From an uncultured Chitinophagaceae bacterium (GTDB taxonomy: Bacteria; Bacteroidota; Bacteroidia; Chitinophagales; Chitinophagaceae): a DNA stretch of 64,000 nucleotides. The translations under genes were made by a program, and so were the position numbers. Positions 31,972 through 42,524 of the stretch are shown one piece after another. The stretch is taken from positions 159,637-223,636 of the forward strand of contig CAWFCU010000018.1 of NCBI GenBank assembly GCA_963814445.1, given 5' to 3'. Within the stretch, counting starts at the first letter, position 1, and every line of letters begins with the position of its first letter. The notes under the pieces were generated by a model. The model saw nothing but the letters and a program-made list of their open reading frames with translations. It ran no database searches and was not told the DNA's origin.

Positions 31972-33256
31972 ATGAAAAGTTCCGTTCGTTTCCAGCTTAG
32001 TATAATGATGTTTCTCAATTTTTTTATCTGGGGTATTTGGTTTGTTACCATGGGTACTTATCTCACCCAGGGAAATATTGGTGCCAGTGGCGCACAAACC
32101 GGCCTGGCTTACGGTACCCAATGCCTTGGTGCCATTATCGCTCCTTTTATTATTGGAATGATTGCTGATAAGTTTTTTGCTGCACAAAAAATATTAGGTG
32201 TGTTGCATCTTGCTGGTGCCGGGTTATTATATTTTATTGCTGCCGAAAAAGAGTTTGGTTCCTTTTACAGCCTGTTACTTATTTACATGATCGTTTATAT
32301 GCCTACGCTGGCATTGGTAAATGCCATTGCATTGAAACAAATTACAGATGCAGAAAAACAGTTTGCAGGCGTAAGGGTGTGGGGAACCATTGGATGGATT
32401 GTTGCAGGATTGATCATTGGGTGGATGGCCTGGGAGCCAAATGGTGATTTGGTGAAAGCCGCTTCAGCACCAGATGCCACACCTTTAGCGAAAGAATCTT
32501 TAAAAATGGCAGCTTCTAAATTAGGTGTTACATATACAGTGGCAGCAATTGTTTCCGGTGCTTTTGGTTTGTATTGTTTCTTTTTGCCTAATACGCCGCC
32601 ACCAAAAGCCGGCCAAAATGTTTCTGTGGCAGAAGTGCTGGGGCTTGATGCTTTAAAAATATTAAAAGATAGAAACTATCTTATCTTTTTTATTGCTTCA
32701 ATTTTAATATGTATTCCTCTGGCGTTTTATTATGGCAGTGCCAACCAGTTTTTAAATGAAAGCGGTATGGAAGGTGCAGCAGGCTAAAATGACATTTGGC
32801 CAAATGAGTGAAACCATATTTATGTTTATAATGCCATTGTTTTTTCAAGGTTTGGTGTAAAGCAAATGCTGCTGATTGGTATGATAGCATGGGCAGTAAG
32901 ATATGCTGTTTGCTTATGGCGATGCAGGAAGCAATGTGTGGATGTTATGCGGGCATCACACTGCATGGGATGTGTTATGATTTCTTTTTTGTAACCGGTC
33001 AAATTTATACCGATCAAAAGGCTGGCGAAAGAGTACGTTCATCTGCACAGGGATTAATAACATTGGCCACTTATGGTGTGGGTATGTATATCGGTTTTTA
33101 TTTGGCAGGACGTATGTTGATAAATATAAAATAAGCGATGTGCAACATAACTGGCAAAGCATCTGGCTGTTCCCTTGCCTTTTTGCTATTGGTGTATCAT
33201 TGTTATTTATGGTATTTTTTAAGAACGATAAAACAAAACTTACTGCAAGCCACTAA
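31972..33256 (+). CDS. MFS transporter, NupG/YegT-like (multiple frameshifts)
   Basis: [49 protein letters not shown]. Confidence 0.85.
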
Positions 33257-34135
33257 TGCAAAGAAGAAACCTCATAAAATCATTGGCTGTAACCGCAGCA
33301 GCAGTTGCTTCGGGCAAAGGCTGGCCGCATGTAATACCATTAGCAAAACTGATGCTGAATTAAAAGGAAACATCAATCATTCTGTTTGCTGGTGGACGTA
33401 TAATTTACATGCCGTTGGAAGAATTATGTAAAGCGGTAAAGGAAATAGGCTTTAATGCAATTGACCTGTTGGCGCCAAAAGAATGGCCTGTTGCACAAGC
33501 GCATGGTATTAATTGCAGCATGTGTTATACAATGGAGAAGTAAGTTTAACAGAGGGGTTTAATGAACCAAAATATCATGATGGTTTAATAAAGGATTATC
33601 TAGAAGTAATTCCAATGATGGTGAAAGCAGGGTATAAAAATCTGATTTGTTTTAGTGGCAACCGCAATGGTATGGATGATGAAACAGGAATGAAAAATTG
33701 TGTAGCAGGCTTGCAAAAAATATTGCCATTGGCAGAAAAGAACGGCATCATTATTCAAATGGAATTATTTAACAGCAAAGTGGACCACCCTGATTATATG
33801 TCTGATAAAAGTGCCTGGGGAGTTGAGTTGTGCAAGCGCCTTGGCTCTGAAAATTTTAAATTACTGTACGATATTTACCACATGCAGATAAATGAAGGAG
33901 ATGTGATACATACTATAAAGGATAATCATCAATACTTTGGGCATTACCATACTGCCGGTGTCCCGGGAGGCATGAAATAGATGAAACACAGGAATTAAAT
34001 TATCCTGCCATTATGAAAGCGATTGTAGAAACAGGATATAAAGGATATGTGGCGCAGGAATTTATGCCAACAGGAAAAACAAATGAAGATAAAATGGCGG
34101 CATTAAAAGATGCAGTGAGAAGATGTGATGTTTAA
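33256..34135 (+). CDS. Hydroxypyruvate-isomerase-like TIM barrel, Tat signal (frameshifted)
   Basis: [10 protein letters not shown] start; LKGNINHSVC; MELFNSKVDH; LLYDIYHMQI; HYHTAGVPG. Confidence 0.85.
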
Positions 34136-34138
34136 TGA

Positions 34139-34240
34139 GGATTTTTAAATGGATTAATAAGATTTTATGATTGACATGATTTTAATACATAGTTGTCAAT
34201 TTTTAATCATGCCAATTCATATCAATCATATAAAGTAATC
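34139..34240. repeat. Degenerate ~9-nt ATGATT repeats with inverted AATCAT arm
   Basis: atggattaataagattttatgattgacatgatt ... aatcatgccaattcatatcaatcatataaagtaatc. Confidence 0.55.
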
Positions 34241-34281
34241 ATCATATATAAATAAATCATCATCAAAACTCAACATACACC

Positions 34282-35962
34282 ATGCCTGAAAACAATGTTT
34301 ATGATGCCATCGTAATTGGCTCTGGTATCAGTGGCGGATGGGCCGCTAAAGAACTAACCGAAAAAGGGTTAAAGACTTTAATGCTTGAACGTGGCCGAAA
34401 TATAGAACACATAAAAGATTATGTGAATGCCAGATAAAGATATTTGGGACTTCCCTCACCGTGATAAAGCAACACAACAAATGAAACAGGATTATCCTGT
34501 TTTAAAAAGGGATTATCCATTGAATGAATCCACTTCTGGTATGTGGGCCAACGAAAAAGAAAATCCTTATACAGAAGTAAAACGTTTTGACTGGTACCGT
34601 GGTTACCATGTAGGTGGCCGATCCTTGATGTGGGGCAGGCAGAGTTACCGCTGGAATAAATGGGATTTTGAAGCCAATGCAAAAGAAGGCATAGGTGTTG
34701 ACTGGCCGATCCGTTATGATGACATTGCGCCATGGTATAGCTATGCAGAAAAATTTGCTGGTGTGCAAGGGAGTAAAGAAGGGTTGGATATATTGCCTGA
34801 TGGCGAGTTTATGCCGGCAATGGAAATGAATGTTGTAGAGAAAGATCTTGCACCAAAATTGAAAGAACATTATAAAGGCAAACGCCACATGTTTATTGGC
34901 CGGAGTGCTAATATTACAGAACCGCACAACGATCGAACCAATTGCCAATACAGGAACCGTTGCTGGCGTGGTTGTCCGTTTGGTGCTTACTTCAGCACAC
35001 AAAGTGCTACGCTGCCTGCTGCAAGAAAAACAGGCAACCTTAACACTGGAAGCAAATAAGATTGTTACCAAACTTATTTATGATAAAGACAAGAAGAGAG
35101 CGACAGGTGTAGAAGTAGTTGATGCAGAAACAAACAAAACTTATACCTACAATGCAAAAATAATTTTTGTATGTGCTTCTACATTTAACAGTACCTGGAT
35201 ATTGATGAACAGCGCTACTGATGTATGGCCTGATGGCTTGGGCAGCAGCAGTGGCGAACTGGGGCATAACGTAATGGATCATCATTTAAAAAGTGGCGCA
35301 GAAGGAATTGTGGAAGGTTTTGAAGATAAATATGAATACGGCAGCAGGCCAACAGGCATCTATATCCCAAGGTTCAGGAATGTTTATGATGATAAGAGAG
35401 ATTATCTCCGTGGCTTTGGCTACCAGGGAGGTGCTTACAGAGGCAGGGGACTTGACATTGCAGAGTTTACAATTGGTGCAGATTTAAAGGAAGCATTGAG
35501 TGAACCCGGCAAATGGAAAATGGGCATGATGGGCTTTGGAGAAATTTTGCCAGACCACAACAACAGGATATTTCTTGACAAAACAAAAAAAGATAAATGG
35601 GGTTTGCCCGTTTTGTCTTTTGATGTGGAAATGAAAGAGAATGAACTAAAAATGCGTAAGGATATTCCAACAGATGCGTAGAAATGCTGGAAGCGATGGG
35701 AGTAAAAAATATAAAAACATTTGATTACGGTTATGCAGTTGGAATGGGCATACATGAAATGGGCACAGCCCGTATGGGCCGTGACCCTAAAACAAGTGTG
35801 CTTAATGGTCACAACCAGGTATGGGATGCACCGAATGTATTTGTAACAGATGGTGCTTGTATGACAAGTGCAAGTTGTGTAAACCCATCGCTTACATACA
35901 TGGCATTAACTGCAAGGGCTGTTGACTTTGCAGTAAGTGAATTAAAAAAACAAAACCTGTAA
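34282..35962 (+). CDS. Second GMC-family glycoside 3-dehydrogenase-like flavoprotein (3 frameshifts)
   Basis: [60 protein letters not shown]. Confidence 0.9.
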
Positions 35963-36047
35963 ATAAGTTATCGGTTATCAGTGATAAGTTATAGTGTAGC
36001 TTGCTGATCATGCCGTTTCAAACTAATAACTAATAACAAATTATAAC
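35963..36047. repeat. Heptamer GTTATCA-like repeats with inverted TAATAAC arm
   Basis: ataagttatcggttatcagtgataagttatag ... aactaataactaataacaaattataac. Confidence 0.6.
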
Positions 36048-36056
36048 TTTTTAATC

Positions 36057-36647
36057 ATGGAAAGAAGAGAACTTTTAAGAAACATAGCCTTGCTAACCGG
36101 CGGTGCTTTTATTGGCGGCGAATTATTTTTAAGTGGTTGTAAAAGTGGGGCATCGTTAGAAGCTGGTTTTGCACCTGCCACTATTGCTTTGCTTGATGAA
36201 GTGGCGGAAACCATCATTCCAGCAACAAAAACACCCGGTGCAAAAGCTGCCAAAGTTGGGGAACTTATGAAAGTGATCGTAACAGATTGTTATCCTGAAG
36301 CGCACCAAACAGCTTTTACAAAAGGAATAGTGCAATTAGACGAAGCCTGCAACAAAGCCAATGGCAAATCATTTATGGATTGCGATGCCAAACAACGCCA
36401 CGATTTTTTAGTGGGCCTTGAAAAGGAGGCGAAGACATTTAATGAACCACTTAATAAAGAAAACGAAGGCAAACCTGACGATGATAAAAAACCGCTTCAT
36501 TATTACACGATGATGAAGCAATTGACTTTGTTTGGTTTCTTTACTTCAAAAACAGGAGCAACTGAAACGTTGCGCCATATACAGGTGCCAGGAAAATATG
36601 ATGGTGCTTTTCCATATAAAAAAGGCGACAAAGCATGGGCTGAATGA
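36057..36647 (+). CDS. Gluconate 2-dehydrogenase subunit 3 family, Tat signal
   Basis: MERRELL; ETIIPATKTPGAK; LTLFGFFTS...VPGKYDG. Confidence 0.88.
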   Translation: MERRELLRNIALLTGGAFIGGELFLSGCKSGASLEAGFAPATIALLDEVAETIIPATKTPGAKAAKVGELMKVIVTDCYPEAHQTAFTKGIVQLDEACNKANGKSFMDCDAKQRHDFLVGLEKEAKTFNEPLNKENEGKPDDDKKPLHYYTMMKQLTLFGFFTSKTGATETLRHIQVPGKYDGAFPYKKGDKAWAE

Positions 36648-36670
36648 TAATCATAACTAAATTACTAACT

Positions 36671-37549
36671 ATGAACAGGAGAAATTTTCTATTGAGTACA
36701 GGCATTACGGCAGCCGGTATTATGGCAGGTTGCGATATGAAAGCAGGAAATGCGCTACAAAAAAATCAGGTAATAGGCTTGCAATTATATTCGCTACGGG
36801 ATGAAGTTAAAAATGGCCTGGATAAATTATTGGCAAAAGTTGCGGCTAATGGTTATGGGAGCGTAGAAATGTATGGTTTCAGCGCTAAAGAAAATTTCTT
36901 TACAAACACGCCTGCACAGGTAGCAGAAATGTTGAAGGCGCATAAACTTATTTCCCCAAGCGGGCACTATTCGCTTGACTTATTTGATAACAATGGACAA
37001 ATGGTGATCGAGGCTGCTTTAGCTTTAGGCCACAAGTATGTTGTGATCCCCTGGTTCCCGGCCGAACAGAGAGATTCTCTGGACGATTATAAAGCGATAG
37101 TTGAAAAGATGAATAAGGCGGCACAACTTTGTAAGGATAATAAACTAAAAATGGCTTATCATAACCATGAGTTTGAGTTTATAAAATATGAGGGTGGTGT
37201 ATCTGGGTATGATATTATAATGAAGGAATGTGATAAGGAACTTGTGGATCTTGAACTTGATTTATACTGGGTAAAGTTTGCTAATGAAGACCCGATAGAA
37301 ATATTTAAACGGGACCCGGGCAGGTTTAAGATGTGGCATGTAAAAGATATGTTGGGTGATGAGAAGAAAACACAAACAGAAGTGGGTTCAGGTACAGTTG
37401 ACTTTGCCACAGTGTTTAAAAATGCAGGATTATCTGGAATGGAATATTTTTATGTAGAACAGGAAAACCTGCCTGTGCCCGGCGATGCCAATATTAAAAA
37501 AAGTGCTGATTATGTAAAAGCCAATTTGCTTCCTTTACTGAAGCATTGA
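36671..37549 (+). CDS. Sugar phosphate isomerase/epimerase family TIM barrel, Tat signal
   Basis: MNRRNFL; GLQLYSLR; YHNHEFEF; ELDLYW; WHVKD; VEQE. Confidence 0.88.
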   Translation: MNRRNFLLSTGITAAGIMAGCDMKAGNALQKNQVIGLQLYSLRDEVKNGLDKLLAKVAANGYGSVEMYGFSAKENFFTNTPAQVAEMLKAHKLISPSGHYSLDLFDNNGQMVIEAALALGHKYVVIPWFPAEQRDSLDDYKAIVEKMNKAAQLCKDNKLKMAYHNHEFEFIKYEGGVSGYDIIMKECDKELVDLELDLYWVKFANEDPIEIFKRDPGRFKMWHVKDMLGDEKKTQTEVGSGTVDFATVFKNAGLSGMEYFYVEQENLPVPGDANIKKSADYVKANLLPLLKH

Positions 37550-37567
37550 TTAAAAAATAAAACGGAA

Positions 37568-37603
37568 ATAAAAAAGATGTGGTGCAAATCACATCTTTTT
37601 TAT
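37568..37603. terminator. Bidirectional intrinsic terminator
   Basis: ataaaaaagatgtg-gtgcaaat-cacatcttttttat. Confidence 0.75.
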
Positions 37604-37611
37604 TTAAAGGG

Positions 37612-38778
37612 TTATACGCCCAATAACTTTTCCAAATAATGTTGCTCAATATTAAACATCGCCTTTAATTCTCTCACCTTTTCCAAACTTTCTTCTTTTT
37701 TGGCGGCAGTAGTTTCATTTTTTACGCCGGCAATCATTACATTCTTTGGCGTGTGTTCTGTATTAATAAACTCAAATACCTTTGTTTTATAGCCATTGGC
37801 TTCTAATAGTAAGGCCCGGATGGTATCTGTTACCATCTCTGCCTGCCGTTCTAATAAAATACCATGTTTTGTAATAGCAGATAAAACATTTTCAGGTTTT
37901 ATCTGCCTGCGGATCTGTTTATGACAGCAAGGCGCAACAATTATAACTTTCGCATTTGCTTCTATTCCTTTATAAATAGCATCATCTGTTGCAGTGTCGC
38001 AGGCATGCAGCGCAATTAATATATTGGGCGATGAAAGTTTTGCATCAGCAATTGTACCTTTTTCAAAATGGAGGTTAACGAAGTTGGCCGCTGCAGCAAT
38101 TTGATTACATATAGTTACTAAGTCTGGCCGCATTTCAATACCAGTGATATTTGCCTGTTGTTGTAATGTGTTAGTGAGATAATCGTATAGAGCAAAAGTG
38201 AGATAGCCTTTGCCACTGCCCATGTCAACAACATTTATAGCACCATTAAATTGTAACTCTTTTATAATCCCATCAATAATTTCTGTATAACGGTTTATCT
38301 GTTTGTATTTATCCTGCATTTCTTTTTTTACTACTCCATCATTTGAAGCAATGCCAAGTTTATGCAGGTAAATATTGTTTGTAGCTTTTATAATGCGTTG
38401 TTTTTGTTTATCGTGTTGTTGTGTTGTAATGTTTGTATGCGATGCTGGCTTTTTACTGATCTTTACTTTATCATTTTGCTGTAGCAGTTTAAAGTCGTTT
38501 GCGGTAGTAAATAAATCGGCGTTAAAAAAATCATTTTTCAATAATTTATCAATAACAGCAACAGCTTCAGCCGTATCAAAATTTTTAGTAACATCTTTTG
38601 TATTGTGCCTGTACACAAAAGAAAGTTTGTTCCCTGTTTTTAATATAACAGGTTTAACATATACATTTTTCAAATCACCTTCTTTATTTCTTTTGCCGCC
38701 CACTGTAAGTTTTACCAGCTCATTTTTTTTTACAGCAGTGGTAACCAGTTCAAGAAAGGCACTTATTGTAGCTATCAT
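37612..38778 (-). CDS. SAM-dependent methyltransferase (Methyltransf_32-like)
   Basis: VDMGSGKGYLTF, ALHACDTATD, PCCH, EHTPKN. Confidence 0.85.
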   Translation of the reverse strand: MIATISAFLELVTTAVKKNELVKLTVGGKRNKEGDLKNVYVKPVILKTGNKLSFVYRHNTKDVTKNFDTAEAVAVIDKLLKNDFFNADLFTTANDFKLLQQNDKVKISKKPASHTNITTQQHDKQKQRIIKATNNIYLHKLGIASNDGVVKKEMQDKYKQINRYTEIIDGIIKELQFNGAINVVDMGSGKGYLTFALYDYLTNTLQQQANITGIEMRPDLVTICNQIAAAANFVNLHFEKGTIADAKLSSPNILIALHACDTATDDAIYKGIEANAKVIIVAPCCHKQIRRQIKPENVLSAITKHGILLERQAEMVTDTIRALLLEANGYKTKVFEFINTEHTPKNVMIAGVKNETTAAKKEESLEKVRELKAMFNIEQHYLEKLLGV

Positions 38779-38885
38779 ATGCTGCAAAAGTATGCTGCAA
38801 ACCTTTGAGTTGATTATTTTTTTAGGCCTGCTCACTAAACTGGACATTTATTCGTTATAGGTGATTATCATATGAATATCCATCA

Positions 38886-41273
38886 GTGAAAAGCCTGCTC
38901 CGGCCCTTTTTTATAATACTGCTTATTTGCGGCAGTTTTCTTACGAGTAAGCTATATGCCTATGACAGCACCGTTGCTTTGATAAAGGGTGTTGCCGATC
39001 TCAGTAATATCAACTTTACCAATAAATCATACAGTCTTAAAGGCGATTGCCCTTTTGCATGGCAGCGACTGCTAAATCCAGGAGACAAAAGTTTCACTGA
39101 AACTTATACCACATTTCCAGAAGTATGGAACAACAGCATTAATAATGGAAAACTATTTCCTGGTATGGGCTGTGCCACATACCAGATTACTTTGCTGTTG
39201 CCAAAAGACGGCAAACCACTGGCCATGTATATACCGGTAGTCTATTGTTCGTATAAACTTTTTATCAATGGGAAAGTAGCTGCACAAAATGGCGTGCCGG
39301 CACTTGCAAAGCAGGAATATGTGCCAGGTTGGCTGCCTGTAACAGTTAGTTTGCCTCAGTATACAGAGAAGGCGGAGATAGTTTTACAAATTGCAAATTA
39401 CTCACACTATAAAGGTGGTGCCAATCTTAGTATGGAAATTGGCGAGGCAGGTAAAATGTTTTTGGACAAAGAAAGAAATATTGCCGGTGACTTTTTACTG
39501 GCTGGTTGTTTATTTATGGGTGGGCTTTTCTTCTTTGGCCTGTATTTTTTTGGCACAAAGGATAAAGCTACTTTTTTCTTTTCTTTCTTTTGTATGCTGT
39601 ACAGTTATCGTATGGTGGGCAGTACACCTTTTTACGCCCTTCACTCTGTATTTCCAGGTATTCCCTGGCAACTTTCTGTAAGGATTGAATACATGTCACT
39701 CTTTGGATGTGTGTTTCTTTTCTTCCAGTACATACGTCATCTTTATCCTTCTGATGTTCATAAATCATTGGTGAGGGTATTGTCATTTACAGCGTTGGGA
39801 TATGGTGCTGTCTGTATGCTTACACCGGTAAGTTTTTTTACGCAACTGCTGAATAGCTTTTTGTTTGTAATGTTTTTCTGTATTGTTTACCTGGTTTTTG
39901 TATTTACAAAAGCGTATGTACGCAGGCGTGTGGCGGCAGGTTATGCCCTTACAAGTGTGGGCGTGCTCATGTTGATACAATTAATCGGGGAGCTTGAATA
40001 TTTTGGCATCGTGGTGCCATCAAGAGTGTTACTGTTTACAGGTCATATCGCATTTTTCTTTTTACAATCGCTCATACTTTCATTTCGGTTTGCTTATACA
40101 ATGCAGATGGCTAAAAGGCAGGCAGAGCAAGGCTTACAAGTCAAGAGCGAATTCCTGAGTACCATGAGCCATGAGATACGTACACCATTAAATTCAGTGA
40201 TCGGCATGAGCAATTTGATGTTGAAGAATGATCCACGGCCCGATCAGAAAGAACAATTAGATGTGCTGCAGTTTTCAGCAAAAAATCTATTGAGTATAGT
40301 AAATGATATTCTTGATTATAATAAAATAGAAGCTGGCAAGGTTACATTTGAACAAATAGAAATGAACCTGCCGCAGATACTCGGTAATATTGTTGCCGGC
40401 GCAAAAAATGCAGCTGATGAAAAAGGTATTGTGGTTAAATTAAAATCCGATGAAGGCATCACCAATTATATTCTTGGAGATCCAACAAGGCTTGCACAGG
40501 TAATACATAACCTTGTTGGCAATGCTGTAAAATTTACCAAGGAAGGTGAAGTGGTGGTGGAATTAACAGTGCTCGAAAAGGATGAGAACAAAAACAGCAT
40601 CAGTATTTTGTTTACTGTAAAAGATACAGGTATTGGTATCCCCGAAGAAAAGCAACAATCAATTTTTGAACGCTTTACACAGGCAGACTCCTCTACCTCA
40701 CGAAGTTTTGGTGGTACGGGGCTTGGGCTTGCCATTACACAAAAAATATTAGCACTGCAGGGAAGTAAACTGCAGCTTCATAGCAAAGAAGGTAAAGGCT
40801 CTACATTCTTCTTTGCCCAAACGTTTATGCTTAGCCCAAAGCAATTAGAGGCGGAACCGGAAATTAAATCAACACCGGTAAGGGATGAAAAACCACTGGC
40901 AGGTATTAATATTTTACTGGTTGAAGACAATCCAATAAATATACTTGTAGCAAAAACATTTTTAGAAAACTGGGGCGCTGCTATTGATGTGGCAGAGAAC
41001 GGAAAAGAAGCAGTAGATAAAATAGATATTGTACGTCATCATTTAGTATTGATGGATCTGCACATGCCTGTAATAGATGGTTATACTGCTATACGTACTT
41101 TAAGGCAAAATGGGATCAGGATACCTATTATTGCACTTACTGCCAGCCTGCCCAATGAGGTTGAAGCCGAAATAAAAGGATTGGAAATAAATGGTTTTGT
41201 ATTAAAACCATTTGTGCCTGATGAACTGTTCAAAAAAGTACAACAGTCAGCGCTGGGAAAAATATCAGTTTAA
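38886..41273 (+). CDS. Hybrid sensor histidine kinase/response regulator with extracellular beta domain and 7TM region
   Basis: MSHEIRTPLN H box, NLVGNAVKFT, DTGIG, GGTGLGL, receiver LVEDN/LMDLHMP. Confidence 0.92.
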   Translation: MKSLLRPFFIILLICGSFLTSKLYAYDSTVALIKGVADLSNINFTNKSYSLKGDCPFAWQRLLNPGDKSFTETYTTFPEVWNNSINNGKLFPGMGCATYQITLLLPKDGKPLAMYIPVVYCSYKLFINGKVAAQNGVPALAKQEYVPGWLPVTVSLPQYTEKAEIVLQIANYSHYKGGANLSMEIGEAGKMFLDKERNIAGDFLLAGCLFMGGLFFFGLYFFGTKDKATFFFSFFCMLYSYRMVGSTPFYALHSVFPGIPWQLSVRIEYMSLFGCVFLFFQYIRHLYPSDVHKSLVRVLSFTALGYGAVCMLTPVSFFTQLLNSFLFVMFFCIVYLVFVFTKAYVRRRVAAGYALTSVGVLMLIQLIGELEYFGIVVPSRVLLFTGHIAFFFLQSLILSFRFAYTMQMAKRQAEQGLQVKSEFLSTMSHEIRTPLNSVIGMSNLMLKNDPRPDQKEQLDVLQFSAKNLLSIVNDILDYNKIEAGKVTFEQIEMNLPQILGNIVAGAKNAADEKGIVVKLKSDEGITNYILGDPTRLAQVIHNLVGNAVKFTKEGEVVVELTVLEKDENKNSISILFTVKDTGIGIPEEKQQSIFERFTQADSSTSRSFGGTGLGLAITQKILALQGSKLQLHSKEGKGSTFFFAQTFMLSPKQLEAEPEIKSTPVRDEKPLAGINILLVEDNPINILVAKTFLENWGAAIDVAENGKEAVDKIDIVRHHLVLMDLHMPVIDGYTAIRTLRQNGIRIPIIALTASLPNEVEAEIKGLEINGFVLKPFVPDELFKKVQQSALGKISV

Positions 41274-42432
41274 ACTGGCATCAATATTCTCTGTAAAAGT
41301 TGTTTTGCTGTAATCTTTCACCACATTGTATAATGTATCTCTTTCAACAGGTTTGCGGTGTACCTGTTTTATCAATGTTACTAATTGTTCTGTTGTCATG
41401 GTTGGTGTTTGTTCTTCGCTGCCTGCCATGCTGTAAATTTTTGTGCTGTCATCAATTGTACCATCAATATCATTTACACCATAGCTTAAAGTAAGTTGTG
41501 CATTGTCTCTTCCCAGCATAGGCCAGTATGCTTTCAGGTGAGGAAAATTATCTAAGTAAATTCTTGCAATAGCATACATACGCATATCTTCCACAATAGT
41601 ACTTTCGGCTACATTGCTCATATCATTATTACTGTTGCGGAATTTTAATGGAATGAAAGTATTAAAGCCTTTTGTTTTATCCTGCAGTTCCCTCAATCTT
41701 CTCATGTGGTCAATGCGGTGTTCATATTTTTCCACATGGCCATACAGCATGGTTGCGTTACTGTGCATTCCCAGGTTATGTGCTGTTTCATGAATTTTCA
41801 ACCAGCCAGCAGCATCCACTTTATCACCTGCAATTTCCATTCTTATTTCCGGGGCAAATATTTCGGCACCACCACCTGGCAAGCTGTCGAGGCCGGCTTC
41901 ATGTAATTTTCTCATTCCTTCTTCCACACTCAGTTTTGCTTTGCGGAACATATAATCTAACTCAACAGCAGTAAATGCTTTTACATGCAATTCAGGGCGG
42001 TGATTTTTTATTTTCTGCATCAGCTCAATAAAATAATCCATATTCATTTTTGGATGAACACCGCCTACAATATGCACTTCTGTAATAGGTTTTCCATCAT
42101 AGCTTTTTACAATGTCCAGCATCTGATCAATGCTTAATTCCCAACCTTCTTCCTTGTGTGCATACAAACGGGAGTAAGAACAAAATTTACAACTGAATAC
42201 ACATACATTGGTAGGCTCAATATGAAAATTGCGGTTGAAGTAAGTAACATCACCATGTTGCCGCTCTCTTATAAAATTTGCCAGGGCACCCACAAATGCA
42301 AGGCTTCCTTTTTCAAAAAGCAAAACACCTTCTTCATCAGTAATTCTTTTTTGCTGTTTTACTTTTTCAGCTATTGCTTTTTAAATCATCATCTGTGGTA
42401 AAATCAATAAGGGTATCAATAGAGGCGTTCAT
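41265..42432 (-). CDS. mqnE: Aminofutalosine synthase MqnE (radical SAM; 5' frameshift ~42378)
   Basis: TNVCVFSCKFC, SLPGGGAEIF, NATMLYGH, HLKAYW; upstream ATG at 42432. Confidence 0.85.
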
Positions 42433-42475
42433 GGTAATTTTTTTACAAAGTTAACCAGGCATATACTTATAAACA

Positions 42476-42504
42476 AAACCGCCCCAACTTAGTTGAGGCG
42501 GTTT
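42476..42504 (-). terminator. Intrinsic terminator after M43 protease gene
   Basis: aaaccgccccaac-tta-gttgaggcggttt hairpin with T tract on minus strand. Confidence 0.65.
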
Positions 42505-42524
42505 ACATTTTTGTTGCAATTATT

